Shown piece by piece: positions 12,791 to 25,640 of a stretch of DNA of 64,000 nucleotides (the first letter of the stretch is position 1; every line of letters begins with the position of its first letter). The position numbers and the translations under genes are program-made. The notes under the pieces were generated by a model. It did no database searches and was not told the DNA's origin. It was given only the letters and a program-made list of their open reading frames with translations. The stretch covers positions 107,082,064 through 107,146,063 of the forward strand of contig NC_068982.1 of NCBI RefSeq assembly GCF_001194135.2. The letters are read 5' to 3'. This stretch comes from Octopus bimaculoides. Lineage: Eukaryota.

Positions 12791-14572
12791 CCCATTTCTT
12801 AATTTTTCACTTTTTTCAGAATTTTGTTTTTTTGGCGAAATAAGTAGACAAATACGGAGATTATGATTCTGAAAAAAAAAATGTTTGTAAAATTTCAATT
12901 AAAAAAAAAAAATTACCCAACCTACTCCCCTCCCAAATCTGCGGCCTACAAGCAGGCTATCCACATGTTAGAAATAACAGCCAAATCTCATACAAACTCT
13001 TTTTGGCACATACGTACATACTCTGTATCGAATGCTTTGCTGTATCAGTCTTTGCCTTTCCCTTGGATAACATTGGTGGCATGGAGAGGGTAGGTTGTTA
13101 TGCACGGAGAGGGTAGGTTGGTATGCATGGGTGACTACCGGTCTTCCATAAGCAAATTTGTCCGGACTTTTACCCTTTTCCCCAACTAGATATTAGTAAC
13201 CACACTGGTCTTCTACAAAACTTGCACTACCACACACCCTTCTCATAGATCATTCCCTTGTCCACTGGCATGAAGCTGACCCCACCCCGCAGGATTTGTA
13301 GTTCTGCGAGGTACATGGCAACCTCAATAGTCAGGTGGTATGAAAAAAAACACCTAGTCTATGCTGTAAAGCGGTTGATGTGAAGAAGGGTATCTAGCCA
13401 TAAATAGGAGACCAAAAACAGACATTGGAGCACAGTGCAGTCCTTGGACAAATCGTATCCTATCAAACTGTCCAGCCTATGCCAGCAAGGAACATGGATG
13501 TTAGATGATGATAATGATGATAACTTATTATGTTTTTTTTGTGAAAATGTTCCTGGATATAACAACACAAAAATAACCACTGCAGAGTTAATGGTGATAA
13601 TGATGATAACCCCCCCCCGCTACCCCCCCCGGACAAGAATAAATAGATAAACAGATAGATAAATAAATGGATGAAAAAGTTCAAAATTTAAAATTGGNNN
13701 NNNNNNNNNNNNNNNNNNNNNNNNNNNNNNNNNNNNNNNNNNNNNNNNNNNNNNNNNNNNNNNNNNNNNNNNNNNNNNNNNNNNNNNNNNNNNNNNNNNN
13801 NNNNNNNNNNNNNNNNNNNNNNNNNNNNNNNNNNNNNNNNNNNNNNNNNNNNNNNNNNNNNNNNNNNNNNNNNNNNNNNNNNNNNNNNNNNNNNNNNNNN
13901 NNNNNNNNNNNNNNNNNNNNNNNNNNNNNNNNNNNNNNNNNNNNNNNNNNNNNNNNNNNNNNNNNNNNNNNNNNNNNNNNNNNNNNNNNNNNNNNNNNNN
14001 NNNNNNNNNNNNNNNNNNNNNNNNNNNNNNNNNNNNNNNNNNNNNNNNNNNNNNNNNNNNNNNNNNNNNNNNNNNNNNNNNNNNNNNNNNNNNNNNNNNN
14101 NNNNNNNNNNNNNNNNNNNNNNNNNNNNNNNNNNNNNNNNNNNNNNNNNNNNNNNNNNNNNNNNNNNNNNNNNNNNNNNNNNNNNNNNNNNNNNNNNNNN
14201 NNNNNNNNNNNNNNNNNNNNNNNNNNNNNNNNNNNNNNNNNNNNNNNNNNNNNNNNNNNNNNNNNNNNNNNNAATCGTAATTCCCATAGTCGAAAACGTG
14301 GGTTTCCGTAAAAAAAAATTAAATTAAGTGGGAGGGGTAGGGTACGTCTCCGCTATGTGCGCCCAAATCATAATGTAATTCTTTTGTCAGTGATTATACT
14401 TCTATTTTACTGAAAATAACTTGAAAGATATTTGTGCTATTAAATTCTTGAAAGTGATTCTTTCTCTCACGCTTTTATATTATTTCTACACCAGTTTTCT
14501 CCCTTGAATGTCTCCCGAAGCTTTCTAATTAAACTTACCTCATCTCATTAAAGAGTTCCTTAAGACAGCACA

Positions 14573-14698
14573 ATGGTGGGCGAAGTGAGAGAACGTGATG
14601 CGGCTTTCCGCGGAAATAAAATGATGAAAAATGCTACAGTAGAATCGATGGTTGTTGAAGATAGCAAAGAGCCTGAGAAACCAATCGACCGAGAAAAG
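14573..14698 (+). CDS. SAP18: SAP18 (Sin3A-associated protein 18 kDa) coding exon 1
   Basis: MVGEVRERDAAFRGNKMMKNATVESMVVEDSKEPEKPIDREK, then GT at 14699 (phase 0). KEPEKPIDREK is the SAP18 signature. Confidence 0.93.
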
Positions 14699-15349
14699 GT
14701 ATTTTTAAAAATGTTCATTTAAAAACATAAAATGGTTACTAGCTTTGTAACCTACTTCATTTCCTTTCGATGTTTGTTTGTTTTAGTCCAAATAATAATT
14801 AACTAATTGTACAGTGCTAAGGTGCACTGTAACTCTTTGGAAAAGGTAAAAGAGACAGAGACAACAGAAAATTAAGTGAAGAAATAGAGCAATGATAGAC
14901 AAATGTACATGCTTGCTATACAGGAAAAAATAAATAAATAAAAGGGAACAATCAGAAAGAGGAGTATTATAAAGAATTTCGAGAAGTATGGGATTTTTAT
15001 AGGATACAATGTTCCGTCAGCTAACAACCAACATAGGTAGTTTATTCCATGCTTCGACAATCATGAGCCTTAAAAAACAAAAAAACAATGCACTCCTGCT
15101 CCCATCTCGTTTGTGTTCATATCCGAAGTTCTAATAAGTTGATAATGTTTGAAGCCAAGTCAACAGAAAAAATCTAAAGTAACACACACATATATATATA
15201 TATTCCCCGAGAAATCTAACAAACTTTATTAATAAGGGTTTAATCTTTATTATTTTTATTTTCTGTTATGTATCTATCAGCATATGTAGATGTTATATGT
15301 CAGTATCTCTTTTAATCTAATTACTTTACGAACTAATTTTTTTCTTCAG

Positions 15350-15456
15350 ACGTGCCCCCTTTTATTGCGAGTGTTCTGTAATACAGGTCGTCATCACCCT
15401 CTTAGTGAATATCTTAGAGGACAGACTCCATCGAACGAACTCCAAATATACACATG
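15350..15456 (+). CDS. SAP18: SAP18 coding exon 2
   Basis: ttttttcttcag acceptor with a CTAAT branch-like motif; TCPLLLRVFCNTGRHHPLSEYLRGQTPSNELQIYT+TG; GTAAGC donor (phase 2). Confidence 0.97.
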
Positions 15457-15799
15457 GTAAGCTTTATTGATTCTTTTCCTTAGATTTGAACTGTTTTTAT
15501 AGCGCACTTTCATTTCAGATTTGCAAAATATTTTTCAAGAGATTATCTGCCCCTATTATTAACGTAGAACACTTATGTAAACTAATTGGTTTTTCTTTAA
15601 TGAAATTAAATAACTCAATCACTATATGATTACTTGCATTGCTACAAAGCCACGTATTTGTAGGGAAGTGCTCAATCAATTAAATTACAAATATGAAATA
15701 GAGGAGTGTAATTGTATTAGTCCATCTTATGACTGATAATAATTTTATTGATATCAGAGGAGTGAAAATTAAGTGGACTCTGATTTGAGCATTGACTCA

Positions 15800-17150
15800 T
15801 CATCATTTAACGTCTATTTCCCACGCTAGCATGGATAAGACGATTTGACTGGAGCTGGTAAGCCAGAATGCTGCACCAGGCTCCAGTCTGTTTTGGCTTG
15901 GTTTCTATGACTAGATGCCTTTCCTAATGCCAACCACTCCACAGAGTGTACTGGGTGCCTTTTATGTGTCACCAGCACTGGCTACAACTATGATTTCACT
16001 TAGCTTGATGTGTCTTCTCAAGCACAGTAAATTGTGAAAGGTCTCTGTCACTCGTCATCACTTCCGTGAGATCCATCTGAAGATCATACTCTACTACCTT
16101 GTCTTCCTGACTTCCTGAGTCTACCCCTTTCACAAGTTCCTTCCACAGGGATAGACACTTCTTTATGCAGCTGTCCTCGTCCATACATATCACATGACCA
16201 TACCAGCGCAGGCTGCCTCTTATACCCAATTTTTTTTCTTAAGACACTTACATTCTGTTGTATGTGTACACTGACATTGCACATCCAGCGAAGCATACTA
16301 GCTCCATTTCTTTCAAGCCTTTGCATGTCTTCTGCAATCACGTTTCACTGCCATGCAACATGGCTGTTCACACAGAGGCATCATACAATCTGCCTTTCAC
16401 CCTGAGGGAGAGGCCCTTTGTTACCAACAAAGGTATAAACTCTCTGAACTTTGCCCAGCCTAATCTTATTCTGGCAGCTATGCCCCTCAGAGCAACCACC
16501 TCCACTGTTGACTTGGTCACCTAGGTAACGGAAGCTATCTACTACTTTTCAATATACCCTTGAGCATTTGACAAAGTCTATTTTCTGTACATTTGTAGTG
16601 TTTATTGCCTCAGTGTTCTACTGGCTCAATGTTGAGAGGGCTGAGATGGTGTGTACTCATATCTACATACCTGAAACTAGCAAAGTCATGGTACACACTG
16701 CCAAGTCATACTTAAGGACAGCTAAGCTAACAACTAGTCATTATCTTTGTGCAACTAAAAATTACTTCATCCATTCAGTTGAGACCCTCTATAAATTTCA
16801 AGTAAGACCTGTTAGAATAATGCTCACATTATCTGGAACAGTGCTGTGCTACACAGACACATCTCATGACTGTATCCAAAGCAAAGGCCATGTGACTCAG
16901 CAGCATGTTCCCACCTCTAACTCACAGGCATGTTGTTTTAGCTCTACTTCTATTTATAATACAGTGATCTCTGCACATGCTTTTCACTCAGGCTTATCTA
17001 ACAGAATAGTCTGTCTTGTCATCTCTATAGTATCTCACCTTCTGGCTGCTTCCATTTGCAATCACCATCACACCCATGTTTTCCTGCTGACATAGACTTA
17101 CAGTTGTTTAAACTGAGCACCATTCTAGTTGTACTCACTAAGATGTAATC
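15800..17150 (-). mobile_element. RTE-clade LINE, 3' part with (GAT)n tail
   Basis: QRLERNGASMLRWMCNV and LRWYGHVICMDEDSCIKKC; the 3'UTR is shared with 21830, 31745 and other copies. Confidence 0.85.
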
Positions 17151-17270
17151 TCATGGTGTTTTATTCAGTCCGACTGTGGCATCTCGGGCAAGCATCTTCT
17201 ACTATAGCCCTGAGCTGACCAAATCCTTGTGAGTGAATTTCGTTGACAGAAACTGAATGCAGCCCTTTGT

Positions 17271-17290
<20 letters not shown>
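17150..17290 (+). mobile_element. SINE family B head fragment
   Basis: gggcaagcatcttctactatagccc...ccttgtgagtgaattt matches family B. Confidence 0.65.
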
Positions 17291-17302
<12 letters not shown>

Positions 17303-17501
17303 GTATTTAGTATACACACACATTTACAAAAATATGATTGTATAGCTATTACTATAAAATTGAATACATCCTATACTAATAAATATCTGAAAACCTTTCA
17401 CTCTGGTACCTCACCATTATCATCTCTGTCTTTCCAGCTATTCCTTCCCACCCTTATATTATGTGGGATAGCTATGTATCTCTGCTTGTTCATCTATCAT
17501 G

Positions 17502-17873
17502 TGGAGGCGCAATGGCCCAGTGGTTAGGGCAGCGGACTCGCGGTCATAGGATCGCGGTTTCGATTCCCAGACCGGGCATTGTGAGTGTTTATTGAGCAAA
17601 AACACCTAAAGCTCCACGAGGCTCCGGCAGGGGATGGTGGCGAACCCTGCTGTACTCTTTCACCACAACTTTCTCTCACTCTTACTTCCTATTTCTGTTG
17701 TGCCTGTAATTCAAAGGGTCAGCCTTGTCACACTGAATATCCCCGAGAACTACGTTAAGGGTACACGTGTCTGTGGAGTGCTCAGCCACTTGCACGTTAA
17801 TTTCACGAGTAGGCTGTTCCGTTGATCGGATCAACTGGAACCCTCAAAGTCGTAAGCGACGGAGTGCCAACAA
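17502..17873 (+). mobile_element. tRNA-derived SINE family C, full length, 11-bp TSD
   Basis: tRNA-like head TGGCCCAGTGGTTAG...TTCGATTCC; (CAA)n tail; CATCTATCATG at 17491-17501 and 17874-17884. Confidence 0.9.
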
Positions 17874-18155
17874 CATCTATCATGGCATAAAGCCACCTCC
17901 CTCCTCTCTCAAATACACCCCCACTCAATAAGGAGGGCTTTTCCCCTTTTCTTTTCTTGCAAGTTATATAGTAACCTCCCTAGTGCCAGTGACATTAAGA
18001 ATAGCACCCAGCATACACTGTAAAGTGGTTGGTGGTAGAAAATGCATTCAGCCATAGAAACCATGCAAACCTGAGATTGGAGCTTGACGCAGTCCTGCTG
18101 TTTATCACATCCTATCAAACGATCCAACCTATGCCAAATGCCTAATTTTCTTTAA

Positions 18156-18367
18156 CTCTTTAGCATTTAAACCAGCCACATCTGACCCAAATATTTTACC
18201 TGCTTTACGTTCAAACTGGTCAGATCTTGCCTCTCACACCTACTTCTCAATGTCATTCTAAAAATAATCAATCACATCTTTGAAATCTTGAAGCTGCATG
18301 CTAATTAATTTTGAAACAATGTGAATAAATAAGCATTACATTTGACAGTAATCTGAATGCTAAAAGA
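18156..18367. mobile_element. TTAA-flanked MITE (piggyBac-type)
   Basis: TTAA at 18152-18155 and 18368-18371; imperfect TIR CTCTTTAGCATT / AATGCTAAAAGA. Confidence 0.55.
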
Positions 18368-21300
18368 TTAAATCTCGAAACTCTTTCTAAAACAATCAGA
18401 CCAACATTTTTGTAACTAACTCTCTCACTGGTGGGCGTATTAACTTGGTTAAGCATTTAAAATGAAGAATTGCTGGATAAAACATTAATCTCATAAATAT
18501 ATAAGGCCAGTGGATTCAGTTGTACTCAGAGACAGAAATAAAGTTGGCAGAATTCCACAATGCAGTCACTTGCAAACTCATCCAAAAAGCAGCTGAAAAG
18601 TGCAACATAAAACAGTAAAACCCCACTTATGCAACCAAAGTAACCAACGTAGTTAAAATTGAGGACAGCCACAAACAACTTATCTTGGAAACAGCAAAGA
18701 AAAGCAGAAATCTGGGGAACACTTGTATCCAACATGAAACAGACTGTAAATCAGGCCACATCATCATCATTGTTTTAATGTCCACTTTTCCATACATGCA
18801 TGAGTTAGAGTTTACTGAGGCAGAGATTATCTATGGCCAGATGCCCTTCTTGCTACCAACCTATACCTGTTTTCATGGCCAGATGTTTTCACAGAATATT
18901 GGAAATGAATGATATTTTGCAACATTAACATAAGGACACACATATATTGACACATTGTCCTTCTTTTAGTTTCTGTCAATCAAATTCACTTACAAGAATT
19001 TGGTAGGCTTAGTGCTATAGCAGAAGACTTGCCCAAGGTACCATGGAATGGGTCTGAACCTGAAACCTTGTGCAAACTTCTTCACCTCACAACCACACTG
19101 TGTGAAATAATAAAACCTTAGGTAACATAGACACACTCAGAAGAAGCAACATGAAATGTTAATTGGCAGATTGTCTCTCAAATCACTAATCTTACATTTA
19201 AAATTTGCAACTTACTGAACATTGTATTGATTGGACCTGTCTGTTCATCTGCTCTTTTTAACCAGTATCTATACAACTTTCCCAAATTGCTACAAAGCAT
19301 ACACACTGCTTCATACATGGTTGTCATAACACTGACACCCTCCCTTATGCTTTGGTCACAACTGCACAACTATTTCAATCATGCATTCACCACCCAAAAA
19401 CCTGGTTTCTTTATTTTCACTGTCACCCTTTGAGCTAGTGAGGGACCCTCTACATCGTCGATCGGCCTGTTAAAAATAGTTAAGTCTCATCTTAACCTGT
19501 CATTTATAAAAAATGTAGGTAAAAAATACATTATATGTACTATGCTTGAGAAATAGATATGATGGTCGTGACTGGAATGTCTCTAGAGCTAAATGAGAGC
19601 TGATCTCGAGCTAAACTGTATCAGCAACAATTGTCTCCCTTGCAACCAATACATGTTACAGAATGTCAAATGACACCTGCCATCACAATTAAAATAAGCA
19701 TACCCCCACCTACATATACTTACACAGACACATCACACATGAAGCAAAAGTACTAGGAACTACATTCACATACAAAATATAATAAACAAAGTACTTATAC
19801 ATGGGTCTTAGTTAAACAGACAAGAATACACTGATGGATAACATTAATTATTTCTATTGGGTGATATATGAATAAAAAGAGAACTTTTCTCTCTTAAAAG
19901 CTTAAGCATCAGAATATTAAATTAGCCTAATACAATTATTGACAACATTTATAATGCCACAAAAGTGAACACCTTGAAATTTAAGAACATATTTTCAACA
20001 TAATGGAATGAAAAAGAATTAGAGTATCAATAATACTGATAGCTGTTTTATAGCCATTTATTTGTTCAATGTATGCCATTAATCTATCACTAAATGCCTT
20101 TAAAAATCTCATTAGACTTAAAAAGTAATAGATGTCTCACTGTTTTGTGTTTATATCTTACAAGGTTTCTATTTATGGCTTTTTCATGCTGGAGATGTTG
20201 ATACCTTCATACAGGCCTTCTGAAGTTTGTGAAATTAATGTGGTTGATGATGTTCTATTGGAACATCTGTAAATTAATGTTTGTAGAGAAAACTGTCAGT
20301 GGGAGGACATTCCAGAGTGTTGACTATCTGAGGAGGAAGGATCAGGGAAAATGGTTGAAAATAAGAATTAGTAATAATGATGAACGATTATACATTCTTG
20401 TATATTCTTTCTCTTAAAATCATTGACTTTTTTCAAAGTCAAAACAAATGATTACATGTAGGAAAGTAAGAAGTATAGTCTCAGCAAACTTTACAGTTAT
20501 ATTCCTTAAAATCTTTGAGAAAGTTCCTTAGTTGACTCATTCTTACATGACTATTTTTCTAGTTTATCTCTTGCTCAAAGCATCTTAACTTAAAATACGA
20601 ATGTCATCATCATTTTAATGTGTATGTTTTCATGCTTGTATGGGTAAGGCAGATTTTCTACAGCCAGATGCCCTTCCTGTGGCCAGTCCTCACCTGTTTC
20701 TAAACAAGGTGATATTCCCTGTGGCTGAACACTTGTTTACAACTATCATTTGATGTCAAAGCAAGGATTCCCAAACACACACACACATATGATAGGTTTC
20801 TTTCAGTTTCCATCTATCAAATTCGCTCCAAGACTTTTGCTGGCTTGAGGATTAATGTACACAGCACTTGCCCAAATTGCTGTGCAATTGAGACTGAATC
20901 TAAAATTGTATTGTTGGAGAGCAAACTTTTTAACCACACAAATCTGTCCATTTGCCAGCCAAGTACTCATTTAACAAACCAAGATGAGTTTATTAATTTT
21001 TGAACTATTACATTTATTTTCCTTGTTAACATACTGTTACTGTTGATTCAAAAGTCAAAATCTGCAATTACTATAAACAACTGGTAGGCATATGTATATA
21101 TGCGAATGTGCATATACATAATTGATATGTATTATATGTCCACATATATGTTCTCATTGCCATCATTATTAAATACGTTTTTTTTCTATGCTGCCATGGG
21201 ATGGATTCTTCTGTTCTGCTTCTTGTAGCCTGGCAAGTGTTTCTTACTATAGTAACTGGGTCAGCCAAGCCTTGAGTGGATTTGGTTGGCAGAAACTGAA

Positions 21301-21530
21301 AGATTATTATGTGTGTGCATGCTCATGTATCTATGTTTATATCTGGGTCTAAGAAAGTTTCCTTACTCTGGGGAGTGTTGTTACCACTTCTGTCAAAAGG
21401 TTGTCTTCTATTTCAAATGCTTTCAAAGATGCGTGAAGTAAGAGATCCCTTACTTGAAAAGCAGGTATGGTTTAGTTTCAAGAAGAGCATCTGAATTTAA
21501 AATAGTGCTTCATTATACATTCATGTAACC

Positions 21531-21799
21531 CATAGATTCTCAAAGTGGGTGCTACCGCCCCCTGGTTGGTGCTGGTGTCTAAGGGAGTGGGGAGGATAGA
21601 GAAAAAGGAGGCATTGGGAGGAAGGCAGTGGATTGGGGGTTACTACGAATTTATAATATCATAGTATTGTATACAAATTATATAATATTATATTAAATAT
21701 CAAATGATTCATTGTATATATAAATTAGTAAAATATAAAATATTTATTTATACATAAAAATAGGGGTATTTTGTGGCCCAAAAATTTTGAGAACCTCTG
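21531..21799. mobile_element. hAT (Charlie/Buster-type) MITE with 8-bp TSD
   Basis: Perfect ATGTAACC TSD (21523-21530, 21800-21807) with central TA; TIR CATAGATTCTCAAA vs CAGAGGTTCTCAAA. Confidence 0.85.
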
Positions 21800-21829
21800 A
21801 TGTAACCCTTACTAGCATTGAAAAATGAC

Positions 21830-22150
21830 ATCACCATCATATATTCGTTTTCCATGCTGGCATGGGTTGGACGGTTTGACTGAAAACTGGTAAGCCATGA
21901 AGCTGCACCAGGTTCCAATCTGATTTGGCATCGATGCCCTTCCTAATGCCAACCACTCCAAGAGTGTAGTGGGTATTTTTGTGTGCCACCAGTACAGGTA
22001 CCACTAATGTGACACTGGTATCGGCCACAACTATGATCTCACTTGGTTTGACAGGTCTTCACAAGCACGGTATATCGCCAAAGGTCTCAGTCACCTGTCA
22101 CTGCCTCCATGAGGCCTAATGCTAAAATGGTGCTTTTTACATGTCACTGA
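21830..22150 (-). mobile_element. RTE-tail/SINE-like repeat (family D); further copies near 13400-13500 (+), 18000-18140 (+), 18760-18910 (-), 20600-20760 (-)
   Basis: ccatgctggcatgggttggacggtttgac...gatgcccttcctaatgccaaccactcc is shared with 15800-16060 and 31745-32230. Confidence 0.8.
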
Positions 22151-22956
22151 CATAAAAACAAATGAAAAAATAAAGTATTACTGTATGTATATGTTTGTCA
22201 TATATGAATAGGTCTGTATTCATATAAAGAATGGCAAATTTCTAAACATCAAAGCTCTACCACAGGAATTTACTTAACAACAACAGTAAATCCATTAGAA
22301 CTTAAGTTTAGAAATCTATATATTCACTTGTTCCCAATTATAAATTGAATTTGTAGAATATGAATCAAATTGTTTTTTTCCCTGACTACTGCTTAAAATC
22401 TTTCACACTTATTAAATGGCATAACAGGCAAATTATTTGAAAAATATGAATTATCCATATGACAATATGATTTAAAATTTGATCTAGATCAATCCAGAGG
22501 AAAATGTAATTCTCACCAAGTATGTACACTTACAACTCTGCGACCTGTATCTAGTTTGATAAGTGCCAACGCATGAAACTCTCAGACCTTGGGTCACTCT
22601 GTTGCTTCTGCTAAATATTAATAATAATAATATATATATATATATATANNNNNNNNNNNNNNNNNNNNNNNNNNNNNNNNNNNNNNNNNNNNNNNNNNNN
22701 NNNNNNNNNNNNNNNNNNNNNNNNNNNNNNNNNNNNNNNNNNNNNNNNNNNNNNNNNNNNNNNNNNNNNNNNNNNNNNNNNNNNNNNNNNNNNNNNNNNN
22801 NNNNNNNNNNNNNNNNNNNNNNNNNNNNNNNNNNNNNNNNNNNNNNNNNNNNNNNNNNNNNNNNNNNNNNNNNNNNNNNNNNNNNNNNNNNNNNNNNNNN
22901 NNNNNNNNNNNNNNNNNNNNNNNNNNNNNNNNNNNNNNNNNNNNNNNNNNNNNNNN

Positions 22957-23021
22957 ACACACCACCATCGGTTGTCAAGTGATGTTGGGGAGACAAACAC
23001 AGATACATAACATATACATGC

Positions 23022-23058
<37 letters not shown>

Positions 23059-23222
23059 TACGACGGGCTTCTTTCAGTTTCCATCTACCAAATCCACTCA
23101 CAAGGCTTTGGTATGCCCAAGGCTATAGTAGAAGACACTTGCCCAAGGTGCCACGCAGTGAGACTGAACCCGGAACCATGTGGTTGGTAAGCAAGCTACT
23201 TACCACACAGCCACTCCTGCGC
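22957..23222 (-). mobile_element. SINE family B (head and body)
   Basis: Nearly identical to 57100-57348; ends about 90 bp before the SAP18 exon 3 acceptor. Confidence 0.9.
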
Positions 23223-23311
23223 CTATGTATGACTTTGATACAAAACTGATTTACATTAGTTTTCATTTCTGTCAAAAGCACTGAATGATTTTTTTCTCTC
23301 TTTACTGACAG

Positions 23312-23594
23312 GATGGATGCCACATTGAAGGAACTTACTGGATTAGTGAAGGAGGTGAACTTAGACGCACGCAGAAAGGGGACATACTTTGATTTTGCTA
23401 TGGTTTATCCTGACTTAAGACAACAGGTGTATCGTTTACAAGATATTGGCTCCACACGTTCTGGCCACCGTGGTGCAGATGATAATGTTACTTTGGCTAG
23501 TAAAAAATTCACAATTGGTGACTATCTGGATATAGCAATAACTCCTCCACGCTCAGGACCATTGCCCATCTCACGAAGAGGAAGACCCTACTAG
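23312..23594 (+). CDS. SAP18: SAP18 coding exon 3 (terminal)
   Basis: ttttttctctctttactgacag acceptor; G completes the W codon; MDATLKEL...IGDYLDIAITPP...RGRPY then TAG. Confidence 0.97.
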
Positions 23595-23675
23595 TACTGA
23601 CCAAAACATTGTTTACATGTATATGTTTCTTTTGATAGCTCATTTAATCCAAATCTCATCATTTATTGGTTTCAC

Positions 23676-23681
23676 AATAAA
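23676..23681 (+). terminator. candidate SAP18 polyadenylation signal AATAAA
   Basis: First AATAAA seen after the stop (about 80 nt downstream), with U/GU-rich sequence after it. Confidence 0.5.
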
Positions 23682-24059
23682 ATCACAAAAGTTATTGTTT
23701 GTCTTTCCTTTTTTTCACAGTATTTATTGGTGTAATATTTATGTGAAATTCAATGCTATCTCGCCCACTTCATCATCGTTTTTACATTCTCACAAATCAA
23801 TGAATATTTCTATATTGGAACAAGCATTTTTAGCTTGGATCAGATTATCAGAGTATTTATCACTGAGAAGACTAACTCCGGTTGAAACGCTTACTGGCAA
23901 TCCATTGGCATTCTGAGCAAAGCCTTGTGTTTTTTAACAAGTTTCTTTGAAAAGTTTCTCTGAGACAAAATATTACAGCTGGTGCCATTCCACATTTGTA
24001 TAACATTATAAATGCTATACACACTGGTATTTTACTCATTTTACCATGCTGACATATGA

Positions 24060-25640
24060 TAGAAGCAGTCTAATTGTGATCAATTATCATTTCTTTTGTA
24101 AGGTGTAAGGTTCAGCATCTTAAGATCAACCTTCACTATGTCTTCTGCACTGCAGGTGTCCTCCACAAAGATTACTTATGTACCCAACTGTTTTCTTTTG
24201 TATGCATCAATTATCTGTACCAGTAGTCCTCTTTCTTGAGCACTGCTTCTGAATCTTCTATTGCCCATGTATTCTTCCAGCTCACTTACTTGCACCATCT
24301 CTTTCATGCATGGTATTACATATTCATTGGAGCATACATGCTTCATTTCTTTCCAGCTTTTTCATTCTCTTCACATTCAGTGCCTGTCTTTCTACTGTTC
24401 TGAGCAACACTTTGCATAAGCACTATACAATCTACCTTTCACTTGCAGAGAGAAACGCCTTTGTTGCCAACAGAGGTAATAGATTTCTGAACTTCTTGCC
24501 ATCCCTAAATATGGCTATTATGCTTTTACAATACACAACCCCACTGCTGATTTGATCACCTAGGTAACAGAAGCTGTTAACTACTTCTAGCCAACCTTCT
24601 AACAACTCTTGTTTTTATATCTTTACATCTGTAGTTATTCATTTCTGTCAGCCTACATGAGATCCCCCTGCACCTTTCATACATTCATATTATTACAGTA
24701 AAGAGTTCTCTCTAACTCTTTTACTGCACATCTTATTTTTTGGCTGATTCAGCTGTGAGAACTAAGCTAGTCTTGAAGTCTTTGACAATAAACAGGGGGT
24801 GCTGTAAATTGACCACTGATGGACACCTACTTGATTGATAAATTCTTCACTGAATTTGTTCTTAAACTTTGCATAGCACTCACCCACCATTCATCTACAC
24901 TCGGTTTTCGTAGTGACTGCTAGACTAGGATCATGGTACCCTGCCAAAGACCTTCTCCAGTTCAGTGAACGGTAAGTATAGTGGTTTGCTCTTGGCTAAG
25001 AACTTTTCCTGTTGTTGTCTTACTAAAAAGAGGCATTGGTAATTCATCATCCTGGCACAAATCCAAACTGCATCTCTAAGTTAATTCTCACCCAGATAAG
25101 CTGTGCTTTAATTTTCTCTATCACTCTCATAACTTAAGATTTCACTTTGGTACTTCTTTAATTGCTTTTTCTACTAAAGTATATCTTCTGCTCTTGACAG
25201 TATTTCTATTACATCAGTCATTAGGGATATCATTTCTCCTTACATGACTTGAGTGACTATGAAAGTGATTTGCATGTATTCTACTTGAAGAAATTTTCAA
25301 AATCTCATTGGCTACCCCTGTTAGTCATGTTGCATTTCCTGTCTTCGTATCCGTAATGGCTTTGTCAACTATATACTAATCAACTTCAACAGCTGATCCC
25401 TACTTGAGGCAGTCTGTTTCTCTCCCAGACATTCTCCTCATTCATGCAGCTTCTCAGTGTCAGTGACTGCAAATGCACTATTATCATCACTGACTGCATC
25501 TTGATTCACACTGTTTCACAATTCATAATCCTGAGTCACACAGCCATACATTGGCAAACCTCTTTCAGTTTCTCTCCTTGTAGATATATCTGATATCCAG
25601 CTTCTTTTCTAGCTACCTCATATTATTCTTTGCTCTCCTC
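24060..25640 (-). mobile_element. RTE-clade LINE RT remnant, heavily degraded
   Basis: EMQFGFVPG..ITNASF..RQQQEKFLAKSKPLY.PFTELEKVFGRVP; homologous to 16200-16560. Confidence 0.85.

Noticed and set aside
16568-17095. 175-aa + strand ORF
   Set aside because: Antisense to a degraded RTE LINE; no recognisable motif.
17502-17575. tRNA-like heads of the SINEs as tRNA genes
   Set aside because: They continue into shared SINE bodies with tails and TSDs, and there is no complete cloverleaf.
23863-23890. CTGA-GA-AGACT...GGTT-GAAACGC hammerhead-like string behind SAP18
   Set aside because: Core lacks N7, and there is no helix III partner or stem I.
23617-23916. 99-aa ORF just after the SAP18 stop
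   Set aside because: Low-complexity hydrophobic translation of AT-rich 3'UTR.
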